NCBI GenBank assembly: GCA_021399345.1 | Contig: JAAFKI010000112.1 | Span: 45,753 to 109,752 of the forward strand | Origin: Candidatus Heimdallarchaeota archaeon | GTDB lineage: Archaea; Asgardarchaeota; Heimdallarchaeia; Heimdallarchaeales; Heimdallarchaeaceae | Direction: 5' to 3' | DNA: 64,000 nt | In this document: piece by piece, positions 10,604-19,747 of the stretch | How the letters are laid out: each line of letters starts with the position of its first letter | Numbering within the stretch: the stretch's first letter is position 1 | The notes under the pieces: generated by a model | Seen by the model: the letters and a program-made list of their open reading frames with translations, nothing else | What the model was told of the DNA's origin: nothing | Database searches by the model: none | Translations under genes and position numbers: made by a program

Positions 10604-10612
10604 TAATTTTTC

Positions 10613-13579
10613 TTATTTTTCAGGTTTTAAAATTATTCCTTCTCGTTTTTGAGCATCTATTCTAACTGTTAAAGAGTTTTTCAGCTCAATGTGTCTTACA
10701 AATTTCAAATCAGTTTTAGATTTTTGTTTGTTTAACCAATCCCAATCTATCTTATGATGCTCAGAATTGTGCTTAATATGGAAATACCCAATATTAGCTG
10801 ATACAATATTATGGAAGAAATGAGTGCCTTGAGAAAAATCAATTGAGAAACCTTCTAGAGTTGTCTCAATTATAGTTTTCGCTCCATTAATATTACTCCA
10901 TTTAGCAGGTATTCCTAAAAATCTATCAGCTGTCCCCCACCTACCAAAACCTATTAACAAGTAGGGGCGATTCTTCTTAGTTAATTGGGAATTTAGTAAA
11001 TCTATTTCTTCAACAATTTCTAGAGTTTTTGTCTTATCAAACATCTCTGCTTTAGCATAAACAATATCCTTGATATCCGAGTGGAGAAGGTTTCCCGACA
11101 CATGCGAAGAAAATGCTAAGATTTGATTAACATCTACAACCTCAAAATCATCTAACAAAAGAGCTTCTTGTTGTAAAAATGGTCTTATTTGTAATATAGA
11201 GAATTGATCCTTTTCGCTCTTCGAATTACTGAAGTTTCCAGCAAACTCAACTTCTATGGAAGAACCTAGAGCTCTTTCGCCAACAGATAAAATTCTGGTT
11301 ACCAATCTTGCTAAAGGTGTAGTTTCAAATTTTAATTGCTGATTGAATGTTATAACGGGGGATCCTTCACCAAAGAAACCGTCTTCTAAAGATTCTGTAT
11401 TGAAGTTATAATTATCTGCGATTTTAGATAAGGTTCCCTCTTTGATTGCATCTCCAAGGTGTAAGCGTTTAATATATGGATCATCATCTAGGATATCAAA
11501 TTCAGTTTTTGTTAAATCAACACAGTAGTAATATTTTTGGCTTTGGTCTAATAATAAATCAGGTGTTGAGTGGTAATTCAATTTAGGATATTTAGGACAA
11601 AACCGCACAGCAGATTCTCCTTCGACAATTGTTTTACCAAGTCCTAGAGCTAGATGCGCAATCCTATCTTCAGGTTTCATATAGTCTCCAAAGGGGTAAT
11701 AATTATATGAAGCAGCAGTTCCAGAGAAATCTGGATAATGATGATTGTGTCTCTCTTTCCCTACTACTCTTTGTATAACAACGGCCATTTTCGATTCTTC
11801 AACAGTCTGTTGAATGGTTTCTACATATGATTTTGCAAGTTTTAAGAATTGAGAGGCATAAACAAGTTTTATAGCTGTACATAGTTGCTCAAGCTTTTCC
11901 TTCTTACTTCCATGATTATTAGGAATCATATAAGTATCGAAAATTCCGGCGAATGGTTGGTACGCAGAATCTTCTAGAAGACTTGATGAACGAATAGCTA
12001 AAGGACCATCTAAATCTTTGAGTAAGAACGCTAAGTCATTTCTTAGACTCCTTGAAAGTTTGCTATTAACGAAGCTCTTCTTTATTTCAGAATCTGGAGC
12101 ATCTGATAAAGCGAATTCATATAGATTATTTTCTTCCATGAACTTATCATATTCATCAGTACCAATAACAATGGTTTTTGGAATTTCTATATTTACTGTA
12201 GGAAAATCATCTTTAATCATTAACGAGTTAAGGAGAAACATCAAGAAAGCAATCCCCCTTCCTTTTCCTCCTAATGAACCTGGTCGTAATCTTAGATATA
12301 GAGTCTCAGGATGATAATTATCTCGAGAGAAATCATTAATAACACCTCTTGTTTTTTCTATTACAATATTATCTATTGTTTTAATTAGAAAGTCTCTAAG
12401 CTCAATTTCAGTAAATTCAGAAACTTTCCGAGGTTTTAATGTTTCAGCAATATCGAATTCTCCTCTTGCATGTAACCAGTTGGAGAAATGATCACTTTTC
12501 CCATGATAAACTAAGGAATTTAAAGGTACTTCAGAAAGTTGCTTGTAAAAGGTAATGACATCAGTAGCATGACCATAAATATTGCCATCCTGATCTTTAA
12601 ATATGAACTCTCCAAATCCAACATATTCTAGAAGCCATTTCCGAAGATCCCACAGCATACCATGTGACCGTTTATGAATGAAATAACAGTGCATCTCTTC
12701 GGCTTGTTCTCGATAAGAATCTTTACTTGATTGTAGAACAATAGGTAAGTTGGGAAAATCTTTTTTTATTTTCTCTGCAAAGAGAAATCCAGCTTTTTTG
12801 TTGAGTTCGCCATCAAGTGGAAACTCGATATCTGAGATAACGCCCATTACGTATTCTTTATAACGTTCATAATATGACACAGCTTCTTCATAATTCTCTG
12901 CAAGCAAAATTTTTGGTCTTACTCGCATCTTGAGTAAATCCTGAAAATCATTTGTACCTTCAGTAATTAACCGATGAGTTTGCCTCATAATTTCTCCATA
13001 AACTTCTGGAAGCATTAGAGAATAGGACCTAATTGAATCATCAACAAAGATAAAAACTCTTACATTGCCAGCTTCTGTATCGAAATCCGCATTAAATCTA
13101 TCCTCAAGATGTTTGATAATAGCAATGAAAATCTTACTGTCTCCATTCCAAACAAAGACTCTATCTATACCTTCTCGTTTACTAAATTCTGGAAGATACT
13201 TGATTTCTACAACACTATTTAATAGAAGAATTACAGGAATATCTTGGATTTCCTTAACATTTGTCCCAAAAGAAAAAGCATCCATATCTCCTAATCGTCT
13301 CATGGTGATAACTAAATCAAACTTTTTCTCTTCTAGCATATCCAAGGCTTCATTTGCAGAAGATACCCGAGTAATTCTTGGTAGAGTTCGAAGATTGAGA
13401 TTTTGAAATTCTTCATAAATTTGATCAGATAATCGACCATCCTCTTCTAACATAAAACTATCATAAATACTAGAAACAAGAAGGACGTTTCTCATTCTTC
13501 TATTCATAAGTTCATGAAAGATTTTGTATTTTGGTTTATATTCTAGAAAGAAGCTAACTGCTTCTTGATCAGTAGTCAA
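10613..13579 (-). CDS. Large multidomain protein with receiver-like N-terminal modules and a PPDK_N (PEP/pyruvate-binding, ATP-grasp) domain
   Basis: The central region matches the N-terminal nucleotide-binding domain of PEP synthase and pyruvate phosphate dikinase (RLRPGSLGGKGRGIAFL ... LAIRSSSLLEDSAYQPFAGIFDTY). The N-terminal roughly 300 aa contains two CheY-like alpha/beta modules (RNVLLVSSIYD..., VRVFIFVDDS...). I found no phosphohistidine (GGRTSHAAI) domain and no PEP-utilising TIM-barrel domain. Confidence 0.7.
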   Translation of the reverse strand: MTTDQEAVSFFLEYKPKYKIFHELMNRRMRNVLLVSSIYDSFMLEEDGRLSDQIYEEFQNLNLRTLPRITRVSSANEALDMLEEKKFDLVITMRRLGDMDAFSFGTNVKEIQDIPVILLLNSVVEIKYLPEFSKREGIDRVFVWNGDSKIFIAIIKHLEDRFNADFDTEAGNVRVFIFVDDSIRSYSLMLPEVYGEIMRQTHRLITEGTNDFQDLLKMRVRPKILLAENYEEAVSYYERYKEYVMGVISDIEFPLDGELNKKAGFLFAEKIKKDFPNLPIVLQSSKDSYREQAEEMHCYFIHKRSHGMLWDLRKWLLEYVGFGEFIFKDQDGNIYGHATDVITFYKQLSEVPLNSLVYHGKSDHFSNWLHARGEFDIAETLKPRKVSEFTEIELRDFLIKTIDNIVIEKTRGVINDFSRDNYHPETLYLRLRPGSLGGKGRGIAFLMFLLNSLMIKDDFPTVNIEIPKTIVIGTDEYDKFMEENNLYEFALSDAPDSEIKKSFVNSKLSRSLRNDLAFLLKDLDGPLAIRSSSLLEDSAYQPFAGIFDTYMIPNNHGSKKEKLEQLCTAIKLVYASQFLKLAKSYVETIQQTVEESKMAVVIQRVVGKERHNHHYPDFSGTAASYNYYPFGDYMKPEDRIAHLALGLGKTIVEGESAVRFCPKYPKLNYHSTPDLLLDQSQKYYYCVDLTKTEFDILDDDPYIKRLHLGDAIKEGTLSKIADNYNFNTESLEDGFFGEGSPVITFNQQLKFETTPLARLVTRILSVGERALGSSIEVEFAGNFSNSKSEKDQFSILQIRPFLQQEALLLDDFEVVDVNQILAFSSHVSGNLLHSDIKDIVYAKAEMFDKTKTLEIVEEIDLLNSQLTKKNRPYLLIGFGRWGTADRFLGIPAKWSNINGAKTIIETTLEGFSIDFSQGTHFFHNIVSANIGYFHIKHNSEHHKIDWDWLNKQKSKTDLKFVRHIELKNSLTVRIDAQKREGIILKPEK

Positions 13580-13958
13580 TTTATCACATCCTAAGAACTT
13601 CTTGACAGACAGTTAGACATAACATCATATGACATTTAAATATGTTGAAGTTCAATCCTTAAAAAAGGAAAAAAATGAAAGAATAGTAATTTTCTTTATT
13701 TTGCTGCTATTTATTTAATATTTTATTAGTGAAAATACTGGAATAATAACCATAGAAATATCTTCTTCATACAGTTTATATGGAAAAAATCAATTGGACG
13801 CATATTATAATCACAAGGTGTGAAACATCTATTTTCTCCATTTTAGCAAAATCATTCCAATGATTAGAAGTAAGTAATAATATTTTTATTACCATGTTTC
13901 AATATAATACTACATACAAAGCTATATTGATATAGCTCTTTAGTGGGAAATTTCAGAG
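13580..13958. promoter_or_regulatory. Divergent AT-rich intergenic region (probable shared promoter region)
   Basis: A 379-bp non-coding stretch of more than 75% AT lies between the start of the minus-strand 988-aa gene and the plus-strand HTH-repeat gene. Several TATA-like TTTATA/TTTAAATA elements are present. Confidence 0.35.
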
Positions 13959-14840
13959 TTGATGAAAATGGAACCTAACAATCAAGGAGATGAAGCTCTA
14001 TTTGAGGAAAATATTCCAGCTATGTTAGAGAATGTTCCATTAAATGAAAGAGACGCACTAATAGTAGAAATGTATGAGGATGGCCTCTCTACATATGAGA
14101 TTGCCATAGAACTTGAACTGAACAGACACACAGTTTCAAGAGTTCTCAAAGAAAATAGAATTGAAACTCGTACAATTGCAGATTATCATAAATTCAAGCA
14201 TGAAGATATTGAAAATCTTTTTAATCGAGGTAAATCAAAACACGAGATAGCTAAAGAGCTTGGATTGACATATTATACAGTTAGAAAAGTTCTAGAAGAT
14301 AGAGGTTTCATTAGAAATAGGAAGGATAAAGAAACATTACGTATTGCCAACTATGTCCAAATGAAGAATAGAGGTTATGATAATGAGGCTATATCAATCT
14401 ATCTTGGATTAAATGATGTGAAGCAACTTAACAAACTAATTCGTAATTCAACTGTAAATATAACAGCTGTCAGACAGAAGACAAAGAAAATTGAGAGTCT
14501 TCCAGACATTGTTAGAGATAGATTAGAGGGTAAATCCATTCATGATATTTCCATGAAATATAACCTTTACATTCTAGATGTTATTGACATCTTATACGAA
14601 TTTGGTTTAACGATTGCTAAATACAAAGAAATTTACGTTTATCACAAACAAGGAAAAACAATAGAGGAAATTTCGGAAAAACTAGAGCTCTCTGTTTTTA
14701 CTGTTAGGAGAGTAATAAATAAATTGAAGGAAATTGAAAAATCTGTTAAACTGGCATTTACACCCAAGCAAATAGCGGAAAAGTTGAATATTACTACTCT
14801 AGCTGTAAAAAGAACAATAGAAACTCTTCAGCTAATATGA
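13959..14840 (+). CDS. DNA-binding protein composed of 5-6 tandem helix-turn-helix repeats
   Basis: It contains a repeated module of about 45 aa, each ending in a sigma-70 region 4/resolvase-type HTH. Examples are LSTYEIAIELELNRHTVSRVLKE, SKHEIAKELGLTYYTVRKVLED, KSIHDISMKYNLYILDVIDIL, KTIEEISEKLELSVFTVRRVINKL and TPKQIAEKLNITTLAVKRTIETL. Confidence 0.6.
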   Translation: MMKMEPNNQGDEALFEENIPAMLENVPLNERDALIVEMYEDGLSTYEIAIELELNRHTVSRVLKENRIETRTIADYHKFKHEDIENLFNRGKSKHEIAKELGLTYYTVRKVLEDRGFIRNRKDKETLRIANYVQMKNRGYDNEAISIYLGLNDVKQLNKLIRNSTVNITAVRQKTKKIESLPDIVRDRLEGKSIHDISMKYNLYILDVIDILYEFGLTIAKYKEIYVYHKQGKTIEEISEKLELSVFTVRRVINKLKEIEKSVKLAFTPKQIAEKLNITTLAVKRTIETLQLI

Positions 14841-14988
14841 ATTAGTTCTAATATTTACACGTATTTAAAATTATATTTCTATTTTTAAGGAGAATTTGAT
14901 GGCTTAAATTTTATATACAACTTTTCTCATTTCGAAGAAAGATATCTTAATTCTGTGATGATTGAAATAGAATATTATATGAAATTGA

Positions 14989-15165
14989 ATAGCGGAAATA
15001 TTCGCTCCAAAGTCAAATTTCAACAGATTTGCAGTAATTCAAACATGTGTTGATCACACTTTCATCAGTGACAAAGCTGAACGTGATTTTGGTTATAAAC
15101 CAATAGTATCTAAAGAAGAAGCTTTTGAAAGAACTGTTCAATGGTTCAAAGAAAATCCTGTTTAG
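14989..15165 (+). pseudogene. Relic 3' fragment of an NAD-dependent sugar epimerase/dehydratase gene
   Basis: The frame is open but has no start codon. It translates to ...DHTFISDKAERDFGYKPIVSKEEAFERTVQWFKENPV*, the characteristic C-terminus of the extended-SDR epimerase/dehydratase family (D-x-SKA-x-R-x-LG-[YW]-x-P...T-[IV]-x-W-[FY]-KEN). No upstream catalytic part exists. Confidence 0.5.
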
Positions 15166-15291
15166 GAAGAGAAAAGTTGTTTTTTTCAGCTTGCAGAGAC
15201 AGTTTATGTAAAAAATTTTGTTTATGTAAAAAATTTATATAATTCAGTTTGATATTCGTATTACCAATAAAAAAATTAAAACGGTGTTTAT

Positions 15292-15687
15292 ATGGGAAAA
15301 ATTGGAAAAATGATATCTAGGCTTATTATCTTAGGTCTATTCGGTTCATGGTTTACTTTTACCATTTGGGGAATAGTTCAATGGGCTAATCCTGCAAGTT
15401 TTATATCAAATAAAACAACAATATCTCTTCTCTATGTGCCATTGTTCATAGGAATGTTTATTCTATTCGTAATATTTGGCATTCTTGGTTCATTAGGCGG
15501 GAAGAAGAAGAAAAAAGATGAAGAAAAAGCAGACTTCATTCCAAAAGATATTAAGGAAAAATTCGGCAAATTCTTTGAGAAGAAAACTGGGGATGCTGCA
15601 GAAGGCGAAGATATAGCAGACAAAATTCCTAAAGAAATTAAGGATAAATTCGAAGAATTCTTTAAGAAGATAGCTGAAGAGAGTTAA
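15292..15687 (+). CDS. Small membrane protein with charged C-terminal tail containing an internal repeat
   Basis: It has two predicted TM helices followed by a K/E-rich tail with the duplicated motif IPKDIKEKFGKFFEKK / IPKEIKDKFEEFFKKI. Confidence 0.45.
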   Translation: MGKIGKMISRLIILGLFGSWFTFTIWGIVQWANPASFISNKTTISLLYVPLFIGMFILFVIFGILGSLGGKKKKKDEEKADFIPKDIKEKFGKFFEKKTGDAAEGEDIADKIPKEIKDKFEEFFKKIAEES

Positions 15688-15729
15688 CGAGGTTTTAGAA
15701 ATTCTTTAAAATGGTCAAGTTCATCTATC

Positions 15730-17340
15730 TTGAATAGAATGAACTTACCTGCTGAGTTTGAAGAAAAACTAAACGACTTAACTATTGAGAAAAGAGATTA
15801 TCAGCTGTCTGCAGTTAGTGAGATAATTGAAGTCCTTCCAGATAGGTCAATTCTGTTAAATTATCCCTATGGAACAGGTAAAACAATTATCACCCTCTTA
15901 TCATTTTTAGCAATAAAGATGCAAAAAGAAAATGCTAAATTTATCTTTACATCAGCTCGTGAGGCCGCAGGTTTACGTTGTCGTCAAGCTTTAGAAATGG
16001 GTAAAAAATTTGGTTATATTGAAAGTTTAGGTTATCTCTATGACCCTACTGGTAAGGGATTGAGTCTCAGACAGAAGAGTAAAATGTATGAAGCTTCAAC
16101 TGTTATATTTTCACCAATTACATCCCTTATGAACGATTATTTTGAGATTAAAACTAAGTTGAAGATAAACATTCTAGAGAATATTGACATCTGTGTAATT
16201 GATGAAGCTACAGATGTCCTAGCTAGAGATATGTCCGGATTCAGATTGAGTAAGTATTTTGAGATGTTATTCAAAGTAAGAGAAAAGGGTAATAAGTTCC
16301 CTATACTTGGACTAACAGGTACAAGAGACAAACACAAGGCAAATGCCATTTTACGTCTATTAGGAAAAGAAACTTTGATGATGCAAAGACTCGATCTTTC
16401 ACCCTATGAGACAGTTACTAAAATTCACAATATTAGAAGGGAAGATTATATCAAGATTGATAAAGAAATTTCAACTCAGCTTACCAAACCAATTGAAACA
16501 ATACAGAAGATTCTTGATCCAAAGCTTTCTCGTTTGGAAATCATCAAACTATCTTATAGTGGAGTTTTAGAAAGATTAGAAAGATTGAATCAATTTCCAG
16601 CAAAGCTTGGAAAATATGAAGTCAAAGATACAGAAGCTAAAAGTAGTCTAGCAATTGCCTTTAGAAGGCTTTTCAAACTGAGTCATTCCAGGTTATTGCT
16701 TTTAGAATCAACACCAGGGGAATTTCTGAAGTATATTGAAATGGATGAAAACAAAGATATTTTCAAGAATATTCTAGAACCCAGTAAAGAACTGATTACA
16801 TATAGAGTAGATTTACCAAAATATGAAAATCCAGAAGAAAAGGTAACAAGAGCTTTAGTGCAGCCCAAAATTTATACAGCAATTGATATTATCCACGAAC
16901 ATCTTTTCAGAGGAGCGCATGTTCTAGTCTTTACAAGATATCTTGCTCTAGGGAATTATCTTGCAAGATTGTTAAACAACCTAGGATTTCCAGAAGTAAA
17001 GTATCTCTCTGGGCAGAGTACAGAAGATACTCGTAGAATTGTTCTCAAGAATTTTGATGAAGGAAATGTAAATGTACTTATCTTTACACCTTTAGGAGGA
17101 AGAGGTCTCAATCTTGAAGCTGCAGATGTAGTCATTCATTTGGATATTACAACAAATATCGATGACATGATACAAAGAAGAGAAAGGGCAAGAGGATGTA
17201 TAGAATATGTTCTTGTTTTAGAGGAAACTAGTGAAGAAGGAAAAATTAAGGATTATAAGAAATTAATTGGGCAGGATAAGGAAGATGAGGAAGGGGAAAA
17301 ATCAACTGAAGAAACAACTGAAGAAATAACTGAAGAATGA
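15730..17340 (+). CDS. SF2 helicase, Hef/FANCM/RIG-I-like helicase core without a nuclease domain
   Basis: It has an RDYQ motif, a Walker A motif (YPYGTGKT), motif II (VIDEATDV), a motif III-like LGLTGTRDK, a helicase C-terminal domain (VLVFTRYLALGNYLARLL...IFTPLGGRGLNLEAADVVIHLD) and an acidic C-terminal tail. Confidence 0.7.
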   Translation: MNRMNLPAEFEEKLNDLTIEKRDYQLSAVSEIIEVLPDRSILLNYPYGTGKTIITLLSFLAIKMQKENAKFIFTSAREAAGLRCRQALEMGKKFGYIESLGYLYDPTGKGLSLRQKSKMYEASTVIFSPITSLMNDYFEIKTKLKINILENIDICVIDEATDVLARDMSGFRLSKYFEMLFKVREKGNKFPILGLTGTRDKHKANAILRLLGKETLMMQRLDLSPYETVTKIHNIRREDYIKIDKEISTQLTKPIETIQKILDPKLSRLEIIKLSYSGVLERLERLNQFPAKLGKYEVKDTEAKSSLAIAFRRLFKLSHSRLLLLESTPGEFLKYIEMDENKDIFKNILEPSKELITYRVDLPKYENPEEKVTRALVQPKIYTAIDIIHEHLFRGAHVLVFTRYLALGNYLARLLNNLGFPEVKYLSGQSTEDTRRIVLKNFDEGNVNVLIFTPLGGRGLNLEAADVVIHLDITTNIDDMIQRRERARGCIEYVLVLEETSEEGKIKDYKKLIGQDKEDEEGEKSTEETTEEITEE

Positions 17341-17516
17341 TTATTTGTACCTTGTTTCTAATTAATAAAAAGGAAGAAGGGAACAGACCCCCTCCTGGGT
17401 TATCTCCAATTGAGAGAGGGTTTGCTTTTATGAGTAATTCAAAACAATAATTTTTTACAAACAGGATTTTTCAATTCACCCTTAATGAGATAACAAAAGA
17501 AAAGAACTAGAAGGGA

Positions 17517-18017
17517 TTGGTTATCATAATGATTGACAAACTGGTTAAGGAGATAAGTAGATACTCTCGCATATACAATTTTACTCTATCTACTGCAGAA
17601 TCTTGCACAGGAGGGTATATATCACATAAAATAACAAATATCGAAGGAAGTTCAGATTACTTTTCAGGAGGTTATGTTACATACAGTAGAAACTCTAAAA
17701 TTCGGGATCTCAAAATCAATTCAGAATATTTAGATCGTTATGGAATTTACTCTATAGAAACTGCAAAAGCAATGGCTGAAGCAATTAGAGAAATCTTCGA
17801 TACAGATTTTGGATTGTCAACAACTGGAATTGCACCGCCAGGAGATAGTAAATCAGCAGAAAAAGCAGGTAAAATTTGCATAGGGATATCTTCCAAAGGA
17901 GGTACTATTAGTAAAGAACTACACATAAAGGCAACTAACAGACTAGACTTCAAAGAAAGAGCAACAGAAGCTGCATTGATTCTTTTAAATAAGGAAATAG
18001 AAAAAGAAGAAGTGTGA
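17517..18017 (+). CDS. CinA C-terminal domain protein (nicotinamide-nucleotide amidohydrolase PncC-like)
   Basis: It has the CinA_C signature (TLSTAESCTGGYISHKITNIEGSSDYFSGGYVTYS). The start may be the internal Met at 17529. Confidence 0.8.
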   Translation: MVIIMIDKLVKEISRYSRIYNFTLSTAESCTGGYISHKITNIEGSSDYFSGGYVTYSRNSKIRDLKINSEYLDRYGIYSIETAKAMAEAIREIFDTDFGLSTTGIAPPGDSKSAEKAGKICIGISSKGGTISKELHIKATNRLDFKERATEAALILLNKEIEKEEV

Positions 18018-18036
18018 AGGAAGATTGAAAATTTCC

Positions 18037-19713
18037 TTATTTAACGAACATGTTACCTTTATTGAATAGATTTTGAGGATCCAAGACGTTTTTAACATCA
18101 CGCATTTGATTAACTCCATCTTCACCATACATTACTATCAAATATTCAGCTTTGATTTTACCAATACCATGTTCAGCAGAAACTGATCCACCAAACTCTA
18201 CTGCTTTCTTAGCGAATTTTTTATAGAGTTTCTTACCTAATTCAAGCTCCTCAATATTTCTAGGTAGTATATTCACATGAACGTGAGAATCACCTATATG
18301 TCCCCATGTAGCACTTTCAAGGTTGTGTTCTTCTAGAGATTCTCTATAGATATTCATCATTTCTCTGAAATGCTCATGCTCAACGGACATATCAGTTCCC
18401 AGTTTGTGAATCGCAGGATACTCGCTTTTTCTCTTAGCTATTATAGCATTGACAGTTTCAGGAACTGCATGTCGCATAACTTTAAGATTTTCTCGTTCAA
18501 CTTCATCAAATGCTGACCAGCATGAATCAATTGAAGAATTACATTCACTAGCAATTTCATCTAGTTTTACAATTATGTCCTCAAGAGTTTCTTCACTATA
18601 AACAACTTCAAAGAAAATTGCAGTTTTAATTTCAGGAGGGATTGTTTGAAGATTAGCTAATGCGGGATTTGTGTCTTTTTTACTTTTCAGGAGATTAAAT
18701 GAGTGTTCATCGAAGTATTCCATATATTCAACAATTAGCTCATCATCAGTTCTAAGTTTTTCAACAAAAGAAATCGCATCGTCTTCTGAAGTGAAGAACA
18801 TTACATTTGGCAATCCTTCTACTGTTGGAACTATCCAAAGATCAACTTCTGTTATAAAACCTAGCATTCCTTCTGTACCTATGAAAAGCTCAATTACATC
18901 CATACCAGGTTTTGAATAGAAACCTGCAGCATTTTTTGCTTTTGGCATTTGATAAGTTGGAATGGTGACTTCTAGTTTTTGATCACTTGTCGCTATAATG
19001 AATTTACCATTTTCGGCATTGCATTGTCCTCTAGTCATATCAAGAACATCACCATTTGCTAAAATAACCCTCATACGCTTTACCCAAGGTCTCATTGAGC
19101 CGTATTTGAATGATCTTGCACCTGATGCATTAGCTGCAATGGCACCCCCAACAGCTGCTGACATTTCGGTTGGGTCTACTGCAAACATGAATGTTTCCGA
19201 ATCATGTTTGAATTTGTCAACCCAGTTTGTATCACCAATATTCTGCTGTTCAGTGAACTCTTTGTGTTTAATAACATCTTCAAGAGCGTCAAGAGTAATA
19301 CCTGGTTGAACTCTTACGAAGTATTTCTGGTTAGTTTCATCAAACCCAAAACCAAGCACTTTTGCCATATCATCTGTTGATACAACAGCTCCACCAAAAG
19401 GAACAGCACTCCCAACAATCCCTGTTCTACCTCCAGAAATTGTTATTGGTATTCCTCTGTCTTTCATCTTCTTTATGATAGTAATAACTTCAGATTCATT
19501 CTTAGGAAAGAATAATAGTTCAGCAGATCCTCCTGCTAACTTCGATTCGTCGATTATATAATCAGGATGTTTTGAAGAAATTGTTTCTGAGCCCTCAACC
19601 TTATTAATGGTGTCATAAGGACTTCCTTCTTTTTTCTTAGCAGTAATTGCGCTTGTACCCAAATGTGTCACATCCGTTCGCACTGTTTTTGTCCAGTTCA
19701 ACAGAAAAAGCAT
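18037..19713 (-). CDS. FAD-linked oxidase (GlcD / D-lactate dehydrogenase family)
   Basis: It has an FAD-binding PCMH domain (ISGGRTGIVGSAVPFGGAVVSTDDM) and an FAD-oxidase C-terminal domain (HIGDSHVHVNI...SVSAEHGIGKIKAEYL). The ORF-track start at 19983 gives a Pro/Ser-rich extension that overlaps the divergent gene. I trimmed the start to the Met at 19713 (MLFLLNWTKTV...). Confidence 0.8.
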   Translation of the reverse strand: MLFLLNWTKTVRTDVTHLGTSAITAKKKEGSPYDTINKVEGSETISSKHPDYIIDESKLAGGSAELLFFPKNESEVITIIKKMKDRGIPITISGGRTGIVGSAVPFGGAVVSTDDMAKVLGFGFDETNQKYFVRVQPGITLDALEDVIKHKEFTEQQNIGDTNWVDKFKHDSETFMFAVDPTEMSAAVGGAIAANASGARSFKYGSMRPWVKRMRVILANGDVLDMTRGQCNAENGKFIIATSDQKLEVTIPTYQMPKAKNAAGFYSKPGMDVIELFIGTEGMLGFITEVDLWIVPTVEGLPNVMFFTSEDDAISFVEKLRTDDELIVEYMEYFDEHSFNLLKSKKDTNPALANLQTIPPEIKTAIFFEVVYSEETLEDIIVKLDEIASECNSSIDSCWSAFDEVERENLKVMRHAVPETVNAIIAKRKSEYPAIHKLGTDMSVEHEHFREMMNIYRESLEEHNLESATWGHIGDSHVHVNILPRNIEELELGKKLYKKFAKKAVEFGGSVSAEHGIGKIKAEYLIVMYGEDGVNQMRDVKNVLDPQNLFNKGNMFVK

Positions 19714-19747
19714 AAAAACCTTCACATTCTTATAAAAAACAGAGAAC

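Noticed and set aside
10613-13579. Calling the 988-aa protein a genuine PEP synthase / pyruvate phosphate dikinase
   Set aside because: Only the N-terminal ATP-grasp (PPDK_N) domain motifs are recognisable. I could not find the phosphohistidine motif (GGRTSHAAI-like) or the PEP-utilising C-terminal barrel, and the N-terminus carries receiver-like modules instead.
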